Shown here: one piece after another, positions 17,537-26,189 of the stretch
Numbering within the stretch: position 1 is the first letter of the stretch
How the letters are laid out: the number at the start of each line of letters is the position of its first letter
Source: a virus
IMG/VR virus record: IMGVR_UViG_3300030012_001663
Location: 1-64,000 of that record
Strand: one strand, 5' to 3'
Length of the DNA stretch: 64,000 nt
Made by a program: the position numbers and the translations under genes
The notes under the pieces: model-generated
The model's input: the letters and a program-made list of their open reading frames with translations, nothing else
The model's database searches: none
Told to the model about the DNA's origin: nothing

Positions 17537-18761
17537 TGTATATAAAATTAAAATAAAAGTAAATGACAATGGTCTATATAGTGATGTAGACCTAAATAAA
17601 CTAGGATTATTTCTTGGTGATATTACAAACTACTCATGGTCAAGGCCAATGAGTAAGTTTGATAATGTGAAACTTAATCTTATTGATGCACCAGAATTAG
17701 TGCAGATAAAAGATAAAAAACTATATAGATATCCTAAGTTATGTTTACCAAGAATGAAGGTAGATCTTCTTAAAGAGAAGTATAATGTAAAAGTGGTCAG
17801 AGATAAAGCAAAATCAGACTACAGCATTATATCTATGAAGTATTTAGATAGCATTACTGCTGTTCCGTGGGATACTTATTATGATATCTCTATATTAAAA
17901 GATATGATAGATTATTTTACATCAGTACAACAACAGTATCCTGATACAATATCGGTAGACTTTGCAGATAAACTGAATATGCTTTATAGAACTCTACATA
18001 CAACAGATAGAATACATATAGATTTGCCATATTATTATGGTAATAACAATTCAAATAACTTTGATCTTGTTAGAGATGCAGCTAATAAAATTCTAAGAGA
18101 TGTTAGTGATAGCAGAAATCTTGTTTATGTAAAAGAAGAGAATGAGCAAGACTTTAATTCACTTATGTCAGGATCTCAGTTAGTTCTTGATAAAGTAATC
18201 AATAGTATATGTTCTGAAGATATGCATGTTATGACTGCAGATGAAGTAGATCAAATGCAAACTATGATACAAAGTGATGATAGAGCTAACAGAGCTCTTG
18301 CATTAGAAATGATGTCTAATTGTAACTTAGAAGCATGCCTTGATAAAGTTGCTTCAACATTCTATTTTAATTATAATTACTTAAAGGATGCTAACAACTG
18401 GAATCATGTAAATGTAAAAGCACTGAGAGAAAGACTTGGTGGTTTTACAAATGACCATGGTAATGATAGTCAGATATATATGTATCAAAATCTAATTAGA
18501 CTGCTAGTAGCAGAAACTGCATTTACAGAGTGGGCGTGGTTTGAAATTAGGAAACGTATATATAATAATGTATATTTAGGAAATAATTTAACCGGATCAG
18601 CAAAACGTGGTGGTGAGACTGTAGATAACCTTTTCACTATTAATATTGAGGATATAAAACTAAATGAAGAATTACAGAAGGCACTTATTGTAGAGCCAGA
18701 CGGTAATGAAATCATAGAAGAGTTAACAAGCCTTGATGGATTTGATGATCTACCATTTTAA
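17529..18761 (+). CDS. Hypothetical protein with BRCT-like segment and C-terminal DDLPF
   Basis: KKLYRYPKLCLPRMKVDLLKEKYNVKVVRDKAKSDYSII; ends GFDDLPF. Confidence 0.6.
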   Translation: MNNVYKIKIKVNDNGLYSDVDLNKLGLFLGDITNYSWSRPMSKFDNVKLNLIDAPELVQIKDKKLYRYPKLCLPRMKVDLLKEKYNVKVVRDKAKSDYSIISMKYLDSITAVPWDTYYDISILKDMIDYFTSVQQQYPDTISVDFADKLNMLYRTLHTTDRIHIDLPYYYGNNNSNNFDLVRDAANKILRDVSDSRNLVYVKEENEQDFNSLMSGSQLVLDKVINSICSEDMHVMTADEVDQMQTMIQSDDRANRALALEMMSNCNLEACLDKVASTFYFNYNYLKDANNWNHVNVKALRERLGGFTNDHGNDSQIYMYQNLIRLLVAETAFTEWAWFEIRKRIYNNVYLGNNLTGSAKRGGETVDNLFTINIEDIKLNEELQKALIVEPDGNEIIEELTSLDGFDDLPF

Positions 18762-18766
18762 TAATT

Positions 18767-18901
18767 ATGACAGAAGAAGATATGAAATACAGACAAGGCA
18801 GATCTAGAAAACAAGTAGAATCAACGTATAAGTTGATGGACTTCTTACTAGTATTTGCCTTGGCATCTTCTATCATTGGTCTTATTATATCTATAATATG
18901 A
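18767..18901 (+). CDS. 44-aa single-TM protein (not in ORF track)
   Basis: MTEEDMKYRQGRSRKQVESTYKLMDFLLVFALASSIIGLIISII; ATGA overlap with 18898. Confidence 0.65.
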   Translation: MTEEDMKYRQGRSRKQVESTYKLMDFLLVFALASSIIGLIISII

Positions 18902-19872
18902 GTAAAGAACTAGAAGATAAATTTTATGAGAAGGAGTTTAACTTCAGCTATTCTTCATTGAATAAGCTGTTGTTCTCTCCTTCACTATTCTATAAAGAGT
19001 ATATATTAAAAGACAGGGAACAGAAAATAGAAAAACACCTGATTGAAGGTAGTGCTATACACTGTTTACTATTTGAGCCAGATAATTTTAAAAATAAATT
19101 CAGAGTTGTGCCTGAGAAAGCTCCATCTGATAATGTTAGAAAGGTGCTACATGATATGTCTTTACATACAGATGAGACAGATCTTATGAAGGTAGAAGAC
19201 TTTGTTATATTAGATTCATTAAAAGCAATTAATCTTTATCAGTCACTAAAAACTGATGAGCAAAGATTATCTAAAATTAAAGTTTCTGAATATCAAATAT
19301 ACTGGGAGTTTGTCAGTAACAATATTATTGATGTCATAGATCAAGATACATATCAACGTTGTTTAGATAGAGTAGAGATACTAAAAAATAATGAAGAAGT
19401 AAGTCAGGCTTTTGCACCAAAACAAACAGATTTTGAGTTAGATCCAATAACAACGCATGCAGAAGCCTATCTTACATCAGAACTTAAAGATTATCCTTTT
19501 GGTTTGCATGGATATGTTGACTTCTATGAAGTTAATACTGAGACAAAAACTGCTACTATTTATGATTTAAAAACAACATCAAAAAGTATAAATGATTTTG
19601 CAGATACAGTAGAATTTTATAACTATTGGTTACAAGCAGCTATATATTCTAAGCTTGTTTTTGACAATTTAGAAGATGATTCTTATACAATAAAGTTTAA
19701 CTTTGTTGTAATAGATGCCTATGATCAAGTTTATATATTTGAAGTATCTGAACCTACTATGAATGAGTGGACAAATGAATTATTAAGTGCCATAATGGCT
19801 GCAAAACACCATTATGATACTAAAAATTATAGTTTGCCCTATGAATTCTTAGTAAGAAAGGTTAACTTATAG
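18898..19872 (+). CDS. PD-(D/E)xK exonuclease (RecE/Cas4-like)
   Basis: FSYSSL, GSAIH, E..L, GYVD, YDLKT, YWLQAAIY. Confidence 0.85.
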   Translation: MSKELEDKFYEKEFNFSYSSLNKLLFSPSLFYKEYILKDREQKIEKHLIEGSAIHCLLFEPDNFKNKFRVVPEKAPSDNVRKVLHDMSLHTDETDLMKVEDFVILDSLKAINLYQSLKTDEQRLSKIKVSEYQIYWEFVSNNIIDVIDQDTYQRCLDRVEILKNNEEVSQAFAPKQTDFELDPITTHAEAYLTSELKDYPFGLHGYVDFYEVNTETKTATIYDLKTTSKSINDFADTVEFYNYWLQAAIYSKLVFDNLEDDSYTIKFNFVVIDAYDQVYIFEVSEPTMNEWTNELLSAIMAAKHHYDTKNYSLPYEFLVRKVNL

Positions 19873-19873
19873 T

Positions 19874-20455
19874 ATGGGAAGCGTCTACACAGATTACTTT
19901 CAAAAGAGCAAAGTATTCCTCTATCCACTACTTAGATTGAGGAAGGGGATTACTTATGTTCCTATAGAAACGTATATCTGTTGGGATACTGTATTTGAAG
20001 AGACAGATAATAAATTTATGTGTCTGTATAAATCAGAGTATGATGACTCATTTAAAGAGTTTGAAGATGCTTTCTTAAAAAATCATGAGCTTTTGTTTGA
20101 GCATGTTAATCTTGGAAAGGAACAATTATATATTTTTGACTTTGAGATGTATGCACATGACTTTGAAATGTTTGCAACAGGTAAATATTCTAAATTCACA
20201 GTCAATAATAAAATAGCTATATTAGATTTCTTTGGTAGTCAAGGTAGAATATCTTCTTATGTAAAAGGTTTTCTAACACCAGATGAAGAGCTACACCAAC
20301 AGTATGCAGAAAGACTTGGAGTAGACAAAGAGGTGATGGAAAATATATTTGAGGTATGTAGTGTACCAGACATATATAAAGAAACATTGTATTGTAGTAT
20401 TCCTTTTGAAATAGATTTGTTTGGTAATGATAATTTGTTATCTTTGAACAAATAA
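19874..20455 (+). CDS. Hypothetical protein
   Basis: 193-aa ORF in operon. Confidence 0.7.
   Translation: MGSVYTDYFQKSKVFLYPLLRLRKGITYVPIETYICWDTVFEETDNKFMCLYKSEYDDSFKEFEDAFLKNHELLFEHVNLGKEQLYIFDFEMYAHDFEMFATGKYSKFTVNNKIAILDFFGSQGRISSYVKGFLTPDEELHQQYAERLGVDKEVMENIFEVCSVPDIYKETLYCSIPFEIDLFGNDNLLSLNK
20417..20446 (+). promoter_or_regulatory. Flavobacterium-type promoter (TTG-N19-TATCTTTG)
   Basis: Exact consensus inside the 3' end of ORF 19874, upstream of ORF 20463. Confidence 0.65.
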
Positions 20456-20462
20456 TTAATTT

Positions 20463-20876
20463 ATGGGTATAGGAAAAAATATGATGTTAGTAACCTCTTC
20501 TTTTAGAGGAGCTAAGTCTTTTAACTTAATGCCAGTGAGCAATGACTCACCATATGTAGAAGCTATGTTTGACCCATCGTCAGGCATTTTAGCAGTAATT
20601 GGTAAAACCTCTAAACAATCATTTCATATGGTCCCTAGACTAGATGATAATGGTCAACCACAGAGACTTAAAGTTCCAAATAAAACTACAGGTAAAACTG
20701 TAAAGGAACAGAGAATAAGCCAAGAAACGTTTTCTGAGTTTTATATAACTGAGAAAGAGGAGATTGAGAACTTCATTAATATATTTGCAATAAATGCTGA
20801 ATCATTTGACTATGGGCAGTTCATGAATGTAGATGTTAAGGAAACTCAAACTTCCAACATTATACTTAATGCATAG
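20463..20876 (+). CDS. Hypothetical protein
   Basis: 137-aa ORF bracketed by its own promoter and terminator. Confidence 0.75.
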   Translation: MGIGKNMMLVTSSFRGAKSFNLMPVSNDSPYVEAMFDPSSGILAVIGKTSKQSFHMVPRLDDNGQPQRLKVPNKTTGKTVKEQRISQETFSEFYITEKEEIENFINIFAINAESFDYGQFMNVDVKETQTSNIILNA

Positions 20877-20900
20877 TTAAGTATGAATTTAAGTTGATTG

Positions 20901-20931
20901 AAAGGGGATGTGCAAGCATCCCTTTTTTTTT
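20901..20931 (+). terminator. Rho-independent terminator
   Basis: AAAGGGGATG-TGCAAG-CATCCCTTTTTTTTT. Confidence 0.8.
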
Positions 20932-20946
20932 CTAAAATAATTAAAT

Positions 20947-22938
20947 ATGAATCACTGGGTAATGGATTATGAAACATTGTCTAACTGTTTCACAGCTGTA
21001 TTTGAGCATTACAAAACTGAAGAAAGAAAGATCTTTGTAATACATGAGCTGAGAGATGATAGAAATGAGTTCATAAAGTTTTTAGAACAGAATGTAAATA
21101 ACAAAGAGTGGCATATATCCTATAATGGATTAGCATTTGATGGACAGGTCACTCAATATATAATAGACAATTGCAGTGATTGGGAAGAACTAGAGGCAAG
21201 TGCTGTAGCAAGAATCATTTATGCATATGCACAGAAGACTATTGAATCAGCAAACAATAAACAGTTTTCTGATTATGCTTTATGGCAAATGTCTATAGGA
21301 CAGATTGATATGTTTAAGATGCATCATTGGGACAACCCCGCTAAAAGATCAAGTCTTAAATGGATTCAATATAGTATGGACTGGGAGAATATTATAGATA
21401 TGCCTATATCACATACTACAGAGATTAATACACAAGAAGAGATAGATACTATAATAAAGTATTGTGTCAATGATGTAAGCTCTACAAAAGAGATATTCAA
21501 TAGATCAAAATCTTTGGTATCATTGCGTAAAGTGTTGACAAAAGAATATGGTATAAATCTATTCAGTGCATCTGAGCCAAGAATAAGTAAAGAGCTGTTT
21601 GGTTATTACTTATCAAGGAACTTAAATATACCTAAGTATGAACTTAAAAAAATGAGATCACACAGAAATGTGATTAAGTTTAAAGATATTATACTACCGT
21701 ATATAAAGTTTCAGTCTCCAGAATTTCAAAGATTACTTGAAAGATTCAAGGCAGTAGAACTTGACCCAAGTAATTTAAGAGGAGGATTTAAGTACAAAGT
21801 AAACTATAAGAATATAGAAACACACTTTGGCTTAGGTGGTGCACATGGTGCAAGAGTACCAGGTGTGTATATATCAGATGAAGATTATGTAATCATGTCA
21901 TCAGATGTTACATCATTCTATCCTAATCTTGTAATCAGGAATCGTTGGTCACCAGGACACTTTCCAGCTGAACAGTTTTGTGATCAGTATGAGTGGTTCT
22001 TTGAGGAGAGAAAGAAGATACCTAAGAGTAATCCTATGAACTATGTCTATAAGATTATTCTTAACTCTACGTTTGGTCTCAGCAATGATATAAACAGTTT
22101 CTTTTATGATCCAGAGCTCTGTATGAGAATTACAGTAAACGGTCAGCTTACACTGATGATGCTTTATGAAATGATAATGGAAGCAATTCCTGAAGCATTT
22201 GGATTATTACAGAATACAGATGGTATAGAAATAAAAATACCAAGAACACAACAAGATAAATACTTAGAAATTTGTGCTGAGTGGGAGAGAATAACTAACT
22301 TACAACTTGAACATGATGAATATGATAAGCTTATATTGGGAGATGTGAATAACTACATAGGTCAAAATAAGTTTAAGAAGGTTTCAATGGATGAGTACCG
22401 TGAGCTTAGAAAAAGTTCTCCACACTATAAATTCAAAGTAGAACAAGATAAGTTTTATGTAGCACCAACAAAGTTGAAAGGCAGATTTGACTTTCATGAT
22501 CTGATGTTGCACAAGAACAAATCTAAACTTGTTATCAAGAAAGCAATATATAATTATTTCATACATGATATACTACCAGAAGATTATTTAGAAACAAACA
22601 GAAATATTCTAGATTATTGTATTGGTGGTAAATCAAAAGGCAACTGGGAACAGCATGCCCGCTCAATAGAAAATGATGTACTTAAAGAAGAAAAACTTCA
22701 GAAGATAAATAGATACTATATATCTAAGACAGGAGTTAAGATTGTTAAAGTAAACAAGCATGACGGAAGAGAAATACAACTTGAGTCAGGTAAATGGTTG
22801 CAAACAGTATACAATGATATGAAAGTAGAACCTAAATGGGAAAACTATAATATTGATAAAGCATACTATATGCAAGCAATTGAGCAAGAAATAAATAATA
22901 TATTAAATGTTAAAGTTAATCAATTAGAATTATTTTAA
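20947..22938 (+). CDS. polB: Family B DNA polymerase with 3'-5' exonuclease
   Basis: DYET, YNGLAFD, YCVNDV (Exo I-III); SDVTSFYP, KIILNSTFG, QNTDG (Pol A-C). Confidence 0.92.
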   Translation: MNHWVMDYETLSNCFTAVFEHYKTEERKIFVIHELRDDRNEFIKFLEQNVNNKEWHISYNGLAFDGQVTQYIIDNCSDWEELEASAVARIIYAYAQKTIESANNKQFSDYALWQMSIGQIDMFKMHHWDNPAKRSSLKWIQYSMDWENIIDMPISHTTEINTQEEIDTIIKYCVNDVSSTKEIFNRSKSLVSLRKVLTKEYGINLFSASEPRISKELFGYYLSRNLNIPKYELKKMRSHRNVIKFKDIILPYIKFQSPEFQRLLERFKAVELDPSNLRGGFKYKVNYKNIETHFGLGGAHGARVPGVYISDEDYVIMSSDVTSFYPNLVIRNRWSPGHFPAEQFCDQYEWFFEERKKIPKSNPMNYVYKIILNSTFGLSNDINSFFYDPELCMRITVNGQLTLMMLYEMIMEAIPEAFGLLQNTDGIEIKIPRTQQDKYLEICAEWERITNLQLEHDEYDKLILGDVNNYIGQNKFKKVSMDEYRELRKSSPHYKFKVEQDKFYVAPTKLKGRFDFHDLMLHKNKSKLVIKKAIYNYFIHDILPEDYLETNRNILDYCIGGKSKGNWEQHARSIENDVLKEEKLQKINRYYISKTGVKIVKVNKHDGREIQLESGKWLQTVYNDMKVEPKWENYNIDKAYYMQAIEQEINNILNVKVNQLELF

Positions 22939-23370
22939 ATGAGTTACAAACCGCTACCAGAAGGCCTTACTATAAAAAGGTCTTCTGTGCATGGTTTGGG
23001 TCTATTCACAGAAAGAAATATTAAAGAAGGTGAGATACTAGGCACAACCCATGTAACACATACTGAATACTTTACAGAGCATCTAAGAACACCACTAGGT
23101 GGATTTATAAATCATAGTGAAACGCCTAATGCAGAATTAATAAGTTGTGCAAATACAAGAGATATAGAGTGTGGTGTGTTAAAACTTAGAACTCTTCGTG
23201 ATATAAAAGAAGGTGAAGAAATATGTACATATTATTCACTGTATGATCCACCTAGTAAGTTAAAAGATATACAAGTACACGGTATTGATATTATATCAGG
23301 TACAGAAATAGGTTATATTATAGATGATAAAGATTCAAAAAACCAAAACACTAGACACAAAACCAAATAA
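22939..23370 (+). CDS. SET-domain protein (putative lysine methyltransferase)
   Basis: SSVHGLGLFT, GGFINHSETPN, DIKEGEEICTYY. Confidence 0.88.
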   Translation: MSYKPLPEGLTIKRSSVHGLGLFTERNIKEGEILGTTHVTHTEYFTEHLRTPLGGFINHSETPNAELISCANTRDIECGVLKLRTLRDIKEGEEICTYYSLYDPPSKLKDIQVHGIDIISGTEIGYIIDDKDSKNQNTRHKTK

Positions 23371-24157
23371 TAATAGTGCCAATTGCATAGCTCCTAATGT
23401 TATCTATGGATGCATGGGGGGCTGTGTTAATACTTATTGTTATATGGCCCGTTACAACGGGAAAAGAGTTTATGTCAATAAGAATGTTGATCAGATATTT
23501 AATTCAGTTGTAGAATGGGAAAAAACATACTACAAACAACCAGATCAACAAGACCCTATATATACTATGGTAGATGTTGCATGTAACTCAGACCTTGTTC
23601 TGATGCAGAGACATATGCCTGAACCATTGATTGATTATCTAAAGAGATATGATGATCATCCGCAGCTAAATAGTACTATGGCTACTAAGTATCCTAGTCT
23701 TCTTAAATTAGATGTGAATCACTTTAATAAGAAACCAAGAGTTAGAGTAAGCCTAATGCCTCAGAAATATTCTGATATACTTGAGCCTAAAATGCAAAAG
23801 ATATCTAGCCGTATTGTAGATATCAATAGGCTTAAAGACTTAGGATGGGAAGTACATTGTAATTACAGCCCTCTTATATTCTATCCAGGATGGAAAGAAG
23901 AGTATAATACATTATTTAGCGTTGTAAAAGAGATAGCTGGAGTAAATAAGTGTGAGGTAATTGCACTTACAAATCACAGAAATCAAATGGCTAAAGCATC
24001 ACCAGAAGCTAGAGAACTGATGAGACGTTCATATGAGATTAAAAATCAATCTGGCGTGATGAGATATCCTATAGCACATAAAGGAAGACTTATATCAGAG
24101 TTTAAAGATATTTATAAAAAATATTTTCCTTTAGAAACTATAAGATATATCTTTTAA
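23324..24157 (+). CDS. splB: Spore photoproduct lyase-like radical SAM enzyme
   Basis: GCMGGCVNTYCY, DVACNSDL, ATK, RVRVSL, SPLIFYPGWKEEY, FP..IRYIF. Confidence 0.8.
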   Translation: MIKIQKTKTLDTKPNNNSANCIAPNVIYGCMGGCVNTYCYMARYNGKRVYVNKNVDQIFNSVVEWEKTYYKQPDQQDPIYTMVDVACNSDLVLMQRHMPEPLIDYLKRYDDHPQLNSTMATKYPSLLKLDVNHFNKKPRVRVSLMPQKYSDILEPKMQKISSRIVDINRLKDLGWEVHCNYSPLIFYPGWKEEYNTLFSVVKEIAGVNKCEVIALTNHRNQMAKASPEARELMRRSYEIKNQSGVMRYPIAHKGRLISEFKDIYKKYFPLETIRYIF

Positions 24158-24160
24158 ATT

Positions 24161-24190
24161 TTGCTGAGTCAGCAATTTTAATTATATTTA
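24161..24190 (+). promoter_or_regulatory. Flavobacterium-type promoter (TTG-N19-TATATTTA)
   Basis: Intergenic, upstream of ORF 24210. Confidence 0.6.
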
Positions 24191-24209
24191 CACTTAAAAA
24201 GTTTACAAT

Positions 24210-25112
24210 ATGGGACATAAAAGACCAACAGAAGTAACACGTAGTTACTTAGAAGCTGCCCCGCTTCCAAAATGGGGACCATCTTACACTGTAGTATCAC
24301 ATAAACAAGTGATGGACAGAACTACAAAACTACTAGAAGATAGTGGTTTTGCTATAACAAGAGAGCTATACAGAGCTAATCTAGATGCAAAAGTTGCACA
24401 GGGTATATATCACATTAAACCTAAGACAAACAGCGCTATAACAGATCCTAAAGTTCTAAATGAAACAGAATTAGGGATGATGTTTGCCTGGACAAACTCT
24501 TATGATAAAACTATTAGATTCCAATGTGCTATTGGAGGATATGTAGGAGTATGTTACAATGGTATGGTGGCCGGTGATCTTATGAATTTCAAAAGAAAAC
24601 ATACCGGTGCAGCTGATCATGATATACATATGCAAATATCTAATCAGATTAAGAATGCTGAGAAGATATACAAGCGTATTATAGATGACAGAGATGCATT
24701 AAGAAATACACCATTAACAAAAGAACAACAGGCTGCACTATTAGGTAGACTTTATTTTAATGAAGAGCTACTTGATAATACGCAGATGACATGTTGTAGA
24801 AATGAAATGAACAAGCCATCTTATGATTACAACTGTGATCAAGATAATGCTTGGACATTTTATAATCATGTAACACATGCGTTCAAAACATCTCATCCTA
24901 GAACATGGTTGAGTGATACACAAACGTTTCATGATTTTATTACTGCTGAGATTTTAGGTCAGCACCGTCCAGTTCAAGTAGATAATACCTATAATGCATT
25001 ATCTAAATATAGTGAGCTGAACATTGATGAAGATGAGGATTGGTTAGAAGTACCTAACACCGTTGATATTGATGATGTACAATTAACTGCACAACATTTG
25101 ATTAAAACGTGA
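24210..25112 (+). CDS. DUF932-family phage/plasmid protein
   Basis: YTVVSH, NSYDK, VCYNGMV, KRKHTG, NAWTFYNHVT. Confidence 0.75.
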   Translation: MGHKRPTEVTRSYLEAAPLPKWGPSYTVVSHKQVMDRTTKLLEDSGFAITRELYRANLDAKVAQGIYHIKPKTNSAITDPKVLNETELGMMFAWTNSYDKTIRFQCAIGGYVGVCYNGMVAGDLMNFKRKHTGAADHDIHMQISNQIKNAEKIYKRIIDDRDALRNTPLTKEQQAALLGRLYFNEELLDNTQMTCCRNEMNKPSYDYNCDQDNAWTFYNHVTHAFKTSHPRTWLSDTQTFHDFITAEILGQHRPVQVDNTYNALSKYSELNIDEDEDWLEVPNTVDIDDVQLTAQHLIKT

Positions 25113-25180
25113 GTGAGAATCTAATTATCCTTGTTGTTTTTATAATAATTATTCACTACTTATTGAAAAGTAAGTATAAC

Positions 25181-25250
25181 AAATAAAGTATGGGGGCAAC
25201 CAACTATATGAAGTGATTAAAATAAGCCTCGTATAGCCCCCTCTTTATTT
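25181..25250 (+). promoter_or_regulatory. Long intergenic hairpin
   Basis: AAATAAAG/CTTTATTT, GGGGG/CCCCC, CTATATGA/TCGTATAG. Confidence 0.5.
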
Positions 25251-25262
25251 AAATTCTTAGCC

Positions 25263-25490
25263 ATGACAGAGAAAGAGATAATGAAATTAATGGAAGTGCA
25301 GTATCTGAAAGGTAGATTAGATGAATTATATAAAGGTTATGTTCCTTATAGTATAGAGACTAACAACCGTATAATTGATACTAGGATTAGCAAGTATGAA
25401 AACAAATTAAAAAAAACAGATGAAGCGGCATATATACAGTATAGATTAGAAAGAGAAAACTTAGAAATACTAAGAAAAAAACAAAAATAA
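25263..25490 (+). CDS. Hypothetical protein
   Basis: 75-aa ORF. Confidence 0.6.
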   Translation: MTEKEIMKLMEVQYLKGRLDELYKGYVPYSIETNNRIIDTRISKYENKLKKTDEAAYIQYRLERENLEILRKKQK

Positions 25491-25625
25491 ATGTTAGAGG
25501 ATTTAATACTTATTCTAGAAGCCCTTAAAAATGGAGACCAAGCAGATGCCTACGCTATGTTAGAAGAAGTAATTCAAGAACTAAAAATTAAAAAGTTACT
25601 AGATGAAACCAATACAGAAATATAA
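25491..25625 (+). CDS. 44-aa hypothetical protein (not in ORF track)
   Basis: MLEDLILILEALKNGDQADAYAMLEEVIQELKIKKLLDETNTEI; abuts both neighbours. Confidence 0.55.
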   Translation: MLEDLILILEALKNGDQADAYAMLEEVIQELKIKKLLDETNTEI

Positions 25626-25628
25626 AGT

Positions 25629-25913
25629 ATGAATGCAAAAGAAAGAAAAGAAAGACCTGTATACACAGGCGTTTTAAAATATTTTCCAGATGCAATAATG
25701 GAAGTTGCTAAAGTATCTTTAGCGGGTAATGAGCAACACCATCCAGATAAACCATTGCATTGGGACCGTAGTAAATCTACAGATGAGCTTGATGCGTTAG
25801 CAAGACATCTGATTGATGCAGGCAAACTTGATGATGATGGCCAACGTCACTCAGCTAAAGTTGCTTGGAGAGCCCTAGCTAATCTACAAAAAGAGATAGA
25901 GAATGAAAGGTGA
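25629..25913 (+). CDS. DUF5664 dATP/dGTP diphosphohydrolase-like protein
   Basis: YFPDAIMEVAKVSLAGNEQH..W..DALARHL..HSAKVAWRAL. Confidence 0.75.
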   Translation: MNAKERKERPVYTGVLKYFPDAIMEVAKVSLAGNEQHHPDKPLHWDRSKSTDELDALARHLIDAGKLDDDGQRHSAKVAWRALANLQKEIENER

Positions 25914-26043
25914 AGTATATAAAAGTCATATCACTGGAAATGTTGTAGTAAAGAGACAAGATGGCTGGTATGACACAGTAAATAACAAACGGATCATGGG
26001 CTATAATGTATATAAGTTTGTATCACTATCTAAAAAGCAATAA
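25903..26043 (+). CDS. 46-aa hypothetical protein (not in ORF track)
   Basis: MKGEVYKSHITGNVVVKRQDGWYDTVNNKRIMG...; stop codon directly before the terminator. Confidence 0.5.
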   Translation: MKGEVYKSHITGNVVVKRQDGWYDTVNNKRIMGYNVYKFVSLSKKQ

Positions 26044-26071
26044 AAAAGGGGCACTAAGCCCCTTCTTTTTT
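26042..26071. terminator. Bidirectional terminator at the convergence of the two genome arms
   Basis: AAAAAAGGGGC-ACTAA-GCCCCTTCTTTTTT. Confidence 0.85.
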
Positions 26072-26189
26072 ATAGATGTAGTGTTTATTGTAGTTCCGTA
26101 AGATTAAATAGTTTCTTACCGTAATTCAAGAGAATAAAAGCCATCTATATAACTACTATCTCTTGTTGCTTTACCCAAGCAGGGTTTTA

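Noticed and set aside
25629-25913. Z-genome (2-aminoadenine) system
   Set aside because: No PurZ or adenylosuccinate-synthetase-like gene in the window; DUF5664 alone is insufficient
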